NCBI GenBank assembly: GCA_964247135.1 | Contig: CAXTTL010000096.1 | Span: 1 to 16,967 of the forward strand | Source of the DNA: an uncultured Deinococcales bacterium | GTDB lineage: Bacteria; Deinococcota; Deinococci; Deinococcales; JAAFIG01 | DNA length: 16,967 nucleotides | Reading direction: 5' to 3' | Made by a program: the position numbers and the translations under genes | The notes under the pieces: model-generated | Databases searched by the model: none | The model's input: the letters and a program-made list of their open reading frames with translations, nothing else | What the model was told of the DNA's origin: nothing | Shown: positions 7,883-15,297 of the stretch, piece after piece | Layout: the number at the start of each line of letters is the position of its first letter | Numbering within the stretch: the stretch's first letter is position 1

Positions 7883-8560
7883 ATGAACCCGTGGCACGTG
7901 ATCCTGACCATTGCAGCCAAAGATTGGCGTATCGAAGGTCGTGCTCGAGATGTCCTGACCGCCACGATTTTCTTTGCGGGTTTGGTGGTCATGATTTTGG
8001 CGTTCGCCTTTGGTCCCGAAACCATTCGTTTGCGTCAGGCTGCACCTGGGGTGCTCTGGGTGGCGATTGCCTTTGCCAGCATTTTGGCGGCGTCCAGGGC
8101 GTTCGCCTCGGAGGCGGAGGACGGGGCGCTCGAGGCGTTGTTGTTGTACCCAGTGCCGCACGAGTTGATTTACTTGGGGAAGTTATTATCGAACATTGGG
8201 TTGATGTTGATGCTGGCGTTGTTGGTCGTGCCATTAACGGTGCTTTTGTATGACGTAAAAGTGGGCGAGAACCTGCCATTGTTGCTGCTGACCGTGTTTT
8301 TGGGCGTGATCGGTTTTTCGATCATTTCGACCTTTCAAAGTTCCCTGACCGTCAACCTTCGCGCTCGAGAGTCGTTGTTGCCAGTCTTAATTTTCCCGTT
8401 GGTGGTGCCTGTGGTGATCGGCGCGGTCAAAGCCACCACCTTGATCGTGACCAATGGCTCTGGCATCGAAATCTGGGGTTGGCTTAGACTGTTGATTGGT
8501 TTTAACGTTGTTTACGTCACGGTTTGCACCTTGGTGTTTCCGTTCGCGGTCGAATCTTAA
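7883..8560 (+). CDS. ccmB: Heme exporter permease CcmB
   Basis: KDWRIEGR, APGVLWV, EAEDGALEALLL, IYLGK, RESLLPVLIFPLVVPV. About 6 TMS. Confidence 0.92.
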   Translation: MNPWHVILTIAAKDWRIEGRARDVLTATIFFAGLVVMILAFAFGPETIRLRQAAPGVLWVAIAFASILAASRAFASEAEDGALEALLLYPVPHELIYLGKLLSNIGLMLMLALLVVPLTVLLYDVKVGENLPLLLLTVFLGVIGFSIISTFQSSLTVNLRARESLLPVLIFPLVVPVVIGAVKATTLIVTNGSGIEIWGWLRLLIGFNVVYVTVCTLVFPFAVES

Positions 8561-8717
8561 GTTCGTTCAGGTTTTGGTCAGGCGGTCATGGCAAACTCGA
8601 GTTTGGGACAATCTTCATCCCCTAAGTTTGGGGTGTGTTTTTCATCTTGAAGGCGCACAATAGAACCAAAGCTTTCTCTCGAGCGTACACTGGTCAGAAG
8701 TAAGACGGAGGGTATTT

Positions 8718-9449
8718 ATGCAAAGTAAAGCAAAATCTTTTTTTGATGCCACCTGGATCACACCAGCCCTTGGTTTCTCGAGCTTGGCGATTGTGGCTTT
8801 AACGTTCGTTTTTACCTTCACGGCACAACCCGACGTGCAGCAAGGGTTCTTGACACGCATTTTGCCGCTTCACGTGCCAGCGTCTTGGTTGGCGTACCTG
8901 TCGTTTGGCATGACGGCGGTTTACGGTCTGGCGTACCTGATCACGCGGCGCAATCATTTTGATCGGTTGTCTGCCAGCAGCGCCGAAATTGGTGTGGTGT
9001 TTATTGTGCTGTCCTTGTTCACGGGTGCGTTGTGGGGTCGTCCGACCTGGGGAACCTACTGGCAATGGGACGCCCGCATGACGACCACACTGTTAATGTT
9101 TATGGTTTACGTCGGCATGTTGATGGTGCGCGGCATCATCGACGATCCAGCCCGTCGCGCCCGAGTCAGCGCGGTCATTGGTGTGGTTGCCAGCGTGGGC
9201 GTGCCAATCAATTACATGAGCGTTTACTGGTGGAACACCTTGCATCAAACCCCAAGTTTAAGTGTTGCGGCAAAGCATTCCTCGCTGGCAAATCCTGGCA
9301 TCCTAGTCGCGTTTTTGCTGTCCCTGCTTGGTTTTACAGTTCTTTACGTGTACCTATTGCGCCTTCGTGGACAGATCGCGCTTCGGGTTAGTGACCTCGA
9401 GTCTGAAGAGATCGAAATGCAGCTCGGCAACATGAAGGTCGCCCAATGA
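8718..9449 (+). CDS. ccmC: Heme exporter/cytochrome c assembly protein CcmC
   Basis: LHVPASW, WWD domain GALWGRPTWGTYWQWDARMT, SVYWWNTLHQ. GGAGG RBS. Candidate -10 TACACT at 8686-8691. Confidence 0.95.
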   Translation: MQSKAKSFFDATWITPALGFSSLAIVALTFVFTFTAQPDVQQGFLTRILPLHVPASWLAYLSFGMTAVYGLAYLITRRNHFDRLSASSAEIGVVFIVLSLFTGALWGRPTWGTYWQWDARMTTTLLMFMVYVGMLMVRGIIDDPARRARVSAVIGVVASVGVPINYMSVYWWNTLHQTPSLSVAAKHSSLANPGILVAFLLSLLGFTVLYVYLLRLRGQIALRVSDLESEEIEMQLGNMKVAQ

Positions 9450-9586
9450 CCCCCGCCGACATTGTCGCCGCGCACAAGTGGGATATTTTTGTCTACTGGG
9501 CGTATGGTGCGGCAGTGTTGTTGTTGGGCGGTTACGCTTTTTACTTGATTCGCCTGATGCGCCAACTGAAAAAGGACACGCCATGA
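9446..9586 (+). CDS. ccmD: Heme exporter protein CcmD (46 aa, not in the ORF track)
   Basis: MTPADIVAAHKWDIFVYWAYGAAVLLLGGYAFYLIRLMRQLKKDTP: FV.wAYG motif, one TMS, basic tail. ATGA overlaps with both the ccmC stop and the ccmE start. Confidence 0.85.
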   Translation: MTPADIVAAHKWDIFVYWAYGAAVLLLGGYAFYLIRLMRQLKKDTP

Positions 9587-10035
9587 ACCCACGCTCGAGC
9601 AACAATTGGAAATATGTTTTGGGTTTGGTGATCATTCTGGGCGGCGTAAGTTTTGTGCTTTCCTCGAGCCTCAACACCAATTTAACGTTTTTTATTACAC
9701 CCTCCGAATATTTGGCTGACACCGCCAAATACACTGACAAAACCGTTCGCCTCGGCGGGGTGGTGCAAGAAAACAGTGTGGCGTACAACAAGCAGACCCT
9801 CGAGCTACGGTTTGTCATTACCGATGGCACCAGCAAATTCCCTGTTAGTTTTACGGGCACGCCACCAGATTTGTTCAAACCAGGGCGCGGCGTGACCGTC
9901 GAAGGGAAATTCGTCGGCAACACCTTCCAAGGCTCGCAATTGTTGGTCAAACACAGCGAAGAATACCGTGCGCCCAAACCAGGCGAAGTCCTCGATTACG
10001 ACAACATCACCAAGAACATCAAAGACTCGAGGTAA
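9583..10035 (+). CDS. ccmE: Heme chaperone CcmE
   Basis: N-terminal TMS, FFITPSE, VRLGGVV, PPDLFKPGRGVTVEG, heme-binding KHSEEY (HxxxY). True start is ATG 9583 (AAGGA RBS), not 9478. Confidence 0.95.
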   Translation: MNPRSSNNWKYVLGLVIILGGVSFVLSSSLNTNLTFFITPSEYLADTAKYTDKTVRLGGVVQENSVAYNKQTLELRFVITDGTSKFPVSFTGTPPDLFKPGRGVTVEGKFVGNTFQGSQLLVKHSEEYRAPKPGEVLDYDNITKNIKDSR

Positions 10036-10038
10036 AAC

Positions 10039-12009
10039 ATGAATAACTCGAGTTTGGGTGAATTTTCAATTTTGATCGCGTTGGTCTTTTGCATCTGGGG
10101 CTTTGTGAATTCCGCCCTCGGCGGCTCGAGGCGCGATTTGAGGTTGGCGGAGGTTGGACGCCGCGCCGCCATCCCAACGTTTTTGTTCGCCACCTTTGCT
10201 TTAATTGTGCTCGAGGTGGCGTTATTAACCAACGACACCAGCGTCAACTACGTGGCAAACCACTCCGCAAGCACCTCGCCGCTCTGGGTCAAGATTGTTT
10301 CACTTTGGGGCGCACTGGCGGGCAGTATTCTGCTCTGGGCGTGGTTGCTCTCTGGTTTCTTGCTGCTCGTCTCGAGAATCGCCAAAAACGATGCGTTACG
10401 TCCTTATGCGCTCGCCACGATGTTCGCGGTTTTAACGTTTTTCTTGGGCGTGAACGCCACCGTCGGCAGTCCGTTTCTCGAGGTTCCATTGCCGCCGCTC
10501 GATGGCAACGGTCCAAATGCGCTCTTGCAAAACCACTGGATGATGGCGGTTCACCCAGTTTTGATGTACATCGGTTTTGTCGGCTTGAGCGTGCCGTTCG
10601 CTTACGCCGTCGCCGCCATGCTGACGGGGCGCTTGGGCGAAACCTGGCTGGTGCAAACCCGCCGTTGGAGCATCGTCGCCTGGGCTTTCCTGTCTGCCGC
10701 AATCGTGGCTGGCGGTTGGTGGTCTTACGAGGTGCTCGGTTGGGGCGGGTACTGGGCGTGGGACCCCGTCGAAAACGCCAGCATTCTGCCCTGGTTTTTC
10801 ACGACTGCCTATTTGCACAGCCTGCAAATTCAGGAACGCCGCCGCATCCTCAAAGGTTGGAATCTGGGCTTGATCGTCGCTGCGTTCTCGAGCACCGTCT
10901 TTGGCACATTTTTAACCCGTTCGGGCATCGTCCAAAGCGTTCACAGTTTTTCCAAAAGCCCGATTGGACCCGTTTTTCTGGGTTTCTTCGCCCTCATGCT
11001 CGCCATCACGCTTTATATTGCCTACAAACGCCTGTCCCTGGTTCGTGACGATCACAGCCTCGACAGCCCACTCTCGAGGGAGGGCGCGTTTCTGGCTGGA
11101 AATTTATTGTTCTCGAGTTTTGCCTTTACGGTCGTTCTCGGCACCATGTTTCCCGTGTTTTACGAGGCGTTCACCAACAAAACCACCTCGGTTGGCGCAC
11201 CATTTTTCAATCAGGTCGGCATTCCGATTGGGCTTGCCATTCTTGGTTTGATGGCGGTTGGACCAGCACTCACCTGGCGGCGACTCGAGGGTGTGGCACT
11301 GCGCAAAACCCTGACGATACCTGGCATTTTGGCTGTGCTGACCAGCGTCATCGCATTTGTGCTGTGGATTCGAGACATCAACGTTTTGTTAACCCTGGCA
11401 TTCTCGAGCCTTGCCGTAAGTGTGCTTTTTGTGGTGACAGGCAACGCGGTGCGTCAACGCAAGCAAGCAGAGGGTGGCTCGAGCCTGAAGGCACTGAGCG
11501 ATCTCTTGAACGCCTACCCACGGCGTTACGGCGCGTACATCACGCATTTTGGCGTGGTCGTGATTGCCCTTGGCATTGCGTTTTCGGGCGCGTACAAAAC
11601 CGAGCGCGAACTGGCGTTCAAACCAGGCGAACTGAAAACCGTACTCGGACACGAGGTTCGGTATTACAGTCTGGTTGGTGACCAGCGCCCCGAAAAAACC
11701 ATTCAAGCCGCCAAACTCGAGGTGGACGGCAAAGAATTTTATCCAGCGCAAAATTATTACGGCACACAACGCGAGGCGGTGGCGACGCCAGCCATTCAGT
11801 ACAAGGTAAGTGGTGATTTTTACATGGTGTTGGTGAATGGTGATCCCAAAGATCAAAGCGTCAGCTTAAAGTTTATCTCGAGTCCTCTGGTCAGTTGGAT
11901 TTGGGTCGGAGGGTTAATTGTGGTGATTGGCGCGGCGCTGACCTTGATTCCAGCGATTGTGACCGAACCGAAGACGGTCTCCTCCAACGTGGCGGCGGCA
12001 AGCGATTAA
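10039..12009 (+). CDS. ccmF: Cytochrome c heme lyase CcmF
   Basis: YVANHS, GSILLW, GPNALLQ..MAVHP, WSYEVLGWGGYWAWDPVENAS, GTFLTRSG..SVHSF, SREG, PLVSWIW. Confidence 0.97.
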   Translation: MNNSSLGEFSILIALVFCIWGFVNSALGGSRRDLRLAEVGRRAAIPTFLFATFALIVLEVALLTNDTSVNYVANHSASTSPLWVKIVSLWGALAGSILLWAWLLSGFLLLVSRIAKNDALRPYALATMFAVLTFFLGVNATVGSPFLEVPLPPLDGNGPNALLQNHWMMAVHPVLMYIGFVGLSVPFAYAVAAMLTGRLGETWLVQTRRWSIVAWAFLSAAIVAGGWWSYEVLGWGGYWAWDPVENASILPWFFTTAYLHSLQIQERRRILKGWNLGLIVAAFSSTVFGTFLTRSGIVQSVHSFSKSPIGPVFLGFFALMLAITLYIAYKRLSLVRDDHSLDSPLSREGAFLAGNLLFSSFAFTVVLGTMFPVFYEAFTNKTTSVGAPFFNQVGIPIGLAILGLMAVGPALTWRRLEGVALRKTLTIPGILAVLTSVIAFVLWIRDINVLLTLAFSSLAVSVLFVVTGNAVRQRKQAEGGSSLKALSDLLNAYPRRYGAYITHFGVVVIALGIAFSGAYKTERELAFKPGELKTVLGHEVRYYSLVGDQRPEKTIQAAKLEVDGKEFYPAQNYYGTQREAVATPAIQYKVSGDFYMVLVNGDPKDQSVSLKFISSPLVSWIWVGGLIVVIGAALTLIPAIVTEPKTVSSNVAAASD

Positions 12010-12090
12010 ACAAATCTCGAGTCAAAATCCTTAGAACTCAACTTCAATACCCTGAAAATTTTTCCTTACAACCTCAAGAAGCCGTCAATG

Positions 12091-12116
12091 AGGGGCGCAG
12101 CAAGCAGCGCCCCTAC
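12091..12116 (-). repeat. GTAG-family REP element
   Basis: Minus strand reads GTAGGGGCGC-tgcttgct-GCGCCCCT. Same architecture and orientation as 7826-7850. Confidence 0.75.
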
Positions 12117-12159
12117 AAATACCAAAAAAGATTATTTTGAATTAATCTCGAGGTAAACC

Positions 12160-12714
12160 ATGCAAAATCCAACACCAAAATCAAATCCGATTCAAAGATT
12201 TGTCGTGCCAATCGTCTTGCTGGCTTTTGTTGCCGCGCTCGGGTATGGCTTGACCAAACCCGCCGCCGTCAACACCAGTTCGCTCGAAGGCAAACCCGCG
12301 CCCGATTTCACGCTCAAGACGCTCGAGGGCACAAACTTGACGCTCTCGAGTTTCAGGGGTCGCCCCGTGGTCGTGAACTTCTTTGCCTCCTGGTGCGGAC
12401 CTTGCGTGGACGAAGCGCCGATGCTCTCTCAGGCGGCAATTGATGCGGCAGCCAAGAAAACCGTGTTCTTGGGTGTGGCGTACAGCGACAAAGCCCCGCT
12501 CGCCAAAGGATTTCGCGACAAGTACAATCTGGGTTTTGCGGTCGTGATGGACGATGACAAACTCGAGGCTGGTCGCTCGAGCGTCAAATACGCGATCACT
12601 GGCGTTCCCGAAACCTTTTTCATTGACGCCGGCGGCATTGTGGTGAAAGCCGTGACCGGACCACTCGATGCCAATTCTTTGCAGGCAGGCTTGAAAGGCA
12701 TCGGCGCAATCTAA
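12160..12714 (+). CDS. ccmG: Membrane-anchored thiol:disulfide oxidoreductase CcmG/TlpA
   Basis: TM anchor, GKPAPDFTL, VVNFFASWCGPC, GVPETFFID. Located between ccmF and ccmH. Confidence 0.9.
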   Translation: MQNPTPKSNPIQRFVVPIVLLAFVAALGYGLTKPAAVNTSSLEGKPAPDFTLKTLEGTNLTLSSFRGRPVVVNFFASWCGPCVDEAPMLSQAAIDAAAKKTVFLGVAYSDKAPLAKGFRDKYNLGFAVVMDDDKLEAGRSSVKYAITGVPETFFIDAGGIVVKAVTGPLDANSLQAGLKGIGAI

Positions 12715-13151
12715 TGCGGCTTGTCTCGAGTCTTTTGCTTTTACTTTTGACGGGTTTTGCCCTGGCGCAAAACGCTGCCGAGGACGCTCGAGTGCAAGCG
12801 CTGGGCAAGCAAATTCGTTGCCCGATCTGTCAGGGTTTGAGTATCACCGAAAGCTCGAGCGACTTTGCGCGGTCGATGCTGAACGAACTGAGAGACCGCA
12901 TCAAACAAGGGCAAACCGACGAAACGATCCGCGATTATTTTGTCTCCAAGTACGGGCGCGTGGTCTTGCTCGAGCCTCCAAAAAGCGGTTCGGATTTGAT
13001 CGTTTGGGGTGCGCCACTGGTGATCTTGTTTGGTGGGGCGATTGGTTTATTCTCATACTTGCGTCGCGCCAGCAGCCAAATTATGCCCGAAGTACGCGGC
13101 ACCTCGCTCGAGAAAGTCCGGCAGCAACTCGAGGAAAGCAAGAATTCGTGA
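12714..13151 (+). CDS. ccmH: Cytochrome c biogenesis protein CcmH (CcmL-type)
   Basis: Signal peptide, IRCPICQGLSITES, IRDYFVSKYG..VLLEPP, C-terminal TMS. TAATG overlap with ccmG. Confidence 0.93.
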   Translation: MRLVSSLLLLLLTGFALAQNAAEDARVQALGKQIRCPICQGLSITESSSDFARSMLNELRDRIKQGQTDETIRDYFVSKYGRVVLLEPPKSGSDLIVWGAPLVILFGGAIGLFSYLRRASSQIMPEVRGTSLEKVRQQLEESKNS

Positions 13152-13206
13152 GTTCTGACTCGAGAGGCGGGAATTTATTTTAGGCATCATTTTTGGGATT
13201 TTAGGC

Positions 13207-14277
13207 GTGTTGGTCGCCCTCGGTTTGGTGTTTTACGCGGTTTGTCCAATCGTCAAAAGTTCGGCGGAGAATGGCGCAACCGATAACGCACGCGTTGAAC
13301 TGGAAGACGAGCGCGACGCATTATTCAAGCAAATCAAAGAACTCGAGCGGGATCACACGCTTGGACTGATCGACGACACCGATTACCCACGTTTGCGCCT
13401 TCGAGACGAAACCCGTGCCGCGTTGATCCTCGAGAAACTTGAGGATTTGGCGCCCGCCCCAGTTCAAACCGGCAAACGAGCACCGTTGTCCTTCGTGCTG
13501 GGTTCTCTGGCGGGGCTGGCATTGGCTGGAGCGCTGGCGAACGTCTTTGTTGTCCCGAGTTTGGAGCGTCTGGCATTGTCCAGACAGGAAGCCCAAGATT
13601 ACGAAAGTGCTGCCAAACTCAAATCACTCGAGGCTGTCTTGAACGCTCAAGCCAAAGCCGGTAAAGCTGAAGTTGCAACCTTGCTCGAGTACGGGCAACT
13701 GGCTTGGGAAATTCAAGATTACAGCCGTGCCGCCAACGCTTACGGCGAGGTGCTGCGGCAAGAACCCAAGAGTGTCACCGCCTTGGCGCGTTATGGACAA
13801 ATTTTGTTTTTTGCCAGTGCGCAAGACCCAAAATTGCTCGATCAAGCGCTTGCATTGTTACGCGCCGCCACCAAACTAACGCCACCCTCGAGCGAGGCTT
13901 GGATGACCATTGGCAACATTTTGTTCAGTTCCAAAAATGACCCGCAAGGCGCACTGAACGCTTGGACCCAGTACCAAAAAATCACGGGAGACACGGGCAG
14001 TCCACGCATCACGCAACTCATGAGCGCCGCCAGAAAACGCTTGAACGCCACCGACCCAGCCGTGAAGGTCTTCGCGGCAAATTGCGCCGCCTGTCACGGC
14101 AGCGAAGCCACAGGGCAGATCGGACCGAATTTAAGAACTTCCGTTAACGCTCGAGATGCCGCATTCGTCGAACATCAAATCAAGTTCGGCTCGAAAAACA
14201 AGAAAATGCCAGCGCTGGCACAACTCTCGAGCGCAGACATCGGCTTGCTGGTGAAGTACGTGACCGCATTGCCTTAA
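13207..14277 (+). CDS. CcmI/CycH-like TPR protein fused to a C-terminal class I cytochrome c domain (start uncertain)
   Basis: TMS, CcmI-like IKELERDHTLGLIDDTDY, second TMS, TPR-like helices (YSRAANAYGEVL, ALARYGQIL, AWMTIGNIL), then FAANCAACHG...IGPNL...KKMPA (CxxCH plus distal Met). Confidence 0.8.
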   Translation: MLVALGLVFYAVCPIVKSSAENGATDNARVELEDERDALFKQIKELERDHTLGLIDDTDYPRLRLRDETRAALILEKLEDLAPAPVQTGKRAPLSFVLGSLAGLALAGALANVFVVPSLERLALSRQEAQDYESAAKLKSLEAVLNAQAKAGKAEVATLLEYGQLAWEIQDYSRAANAYGEVLRQEPKSVTALARYGQILFFASAQDPKLLDQALALLRAATKLTPPSSEAWMTIGNILFSSKNDPQGALNAWTQYQKITGDTGSPRITQLMSAARKRLNATDPAVKVFAANCAACHGSEATGQIGPNLRTSVNARDAAFVEHQIKFGSKNKKMPALAQLSSADIGLLVKYVTALP

Positions 14278-14286
14278 ACTAAACGC

Positions 14287-14871
14287 ATGGCAGACATCGA
14301 ACCCACAACAATCTCCAGACGCAAGCTGCTCGAACTCTGGTGGATTGCCCCAGTGCTCGCGGCTGGCGGTTTTTTTGCCTGGTTTGGCATTCGTTCCTAC
14401 CGCATTCTGCTGGGCAAAACCGCTCCAGGCACACCAAATTTCCAAACGGGCGATAAATACAGGATTGCTCGGGTAACTGATCTAAAAAAACCAGGTGAAG
14501 CCAAAACTTTCGATTACCCTGTCAAAATCGGCTCGAGCACCCAAGCCTTACCTGCCATTCTGATTCGGGTGTCCAAACCACAACCAGGCGGGTTAAGCCA
14601 AGGCAGCAGGCATTTTATTGCCCTCTCGAGAGTCTGCACCCATCAAAACTGCACTTGCGATTTCATTGTCAAGCCCGAAATCGCGTCGATGGCGTACAAA
14701 TACCGTCCACCCGAGGGAACACCGATTCTTGGTTGCGCCTGTCACTTCAGCGCCTTCGATCCCGAAAAAGCAGGGGAAAGCGTTTCCGGACCCGCCCTGA
14801 AACCCCTGCCGCGATTGCAACTCGAGCTTCAAAACAATGATGTTTTCGCGGTTGGACTCGAGAAAACCTAG
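14287..14871 (+). CDS. Rieske 2Fe-2S protein with a Tat-like membrane anchor
   Basis: SRRKLL followed by a hydrophobic helix. Box I CTHQNC, box II CACHFSAF, GPALKPL. Confidence 0.88.
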   Translation: MADIEPTTISRRKLLELWWIAPVLAAGGFFAWFGIRSYRILLGKTAPGTPNFQTGDKYRIARVTDLKKPGEAKTFDYPVKIGSSTQALPAILIRVSKPQPGGLSQGSRHFIALSRVCTHQNCTCDFIVKPEIASMAYKYRPPEGTPILGCACHFSAFDPEKAGESVSGPALKPLPRLQLELQNNDVFAVGLEKT

Positions 14872-14882
14872 GCGCAAAAATC

Positions 14883-15046
14883 TGTTTGACTCGACTGGCT
14901 GTCAACTGGAATCGCAGCTTGGTTGCAACAGCTTTACAGCGGTTTGCATATCCGTTGACGCGCTCCGCGCGCTCACTTCTATGCAAACCGCTGTCTATTG
15001 CTACTCCCTTTGGTCGCCAATGTTTGACGCTTCGCGTCAAACATTG
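14883..15046. repeat. Cluster of long perfect hairpins (REP/MITE-like element or structured RNA)
   Basis: ACAGCGGTTTGCATA (14936-14950) / TATGCAAACCGCTGT (14980-14994). CAATGTTTGACGC-ttc-GCGTCAAACATTG (15018-15046). TGTTTGAC is repeated at 14883 and 15021. Confidence 0.6.
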
Positions 15047-15151
15047 TGCAAGGTGCTATAAACGCAATCTCGAGCGTGTTCGTGCTCAATCTGTCAGGCT
15101 TGAAACTCAAGCAAGTATTGAACCCGTCCGACACGACTCGAGTGCATATTA

Positions 15152-15180
15152 TTGACGAATAACGAATAACGTGCTACACT
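15152..15180 (+). promoter_or_regulatory. Near-consensus sigma70 promoter
   Basis: TTGACG (15152-15157), 17 nt, TACACT (15175-15180), with an extended -10 TG at 15172-15173. Confidence 0.7.
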
Positions 15181-15297
15181 ATACAAATCAACGGCGAAGA
15201 GCCGTGTTTTTTATTTTATGGCACTTTAAATTTGGCTCGAGTTTCAAACGTAAGACCATTCACTCGAGATTCACACTGCAAATGCCAGAATGCAGTC

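Noticed and set aside
8616-8642. CCCC-taagttt-GGGG plus T-rich tail between ccmB and ccmC as a terminator
   Set aside because: The stem is too short and the tail is interrupted, so support is insufficient.
14886-15155. 89-aa ORF (and 14837-15061) in the Rieske-P450 gap
   Set aside because: TTG start without an RBS, runs through the hairpin cluster, and has no recognisable protein features.
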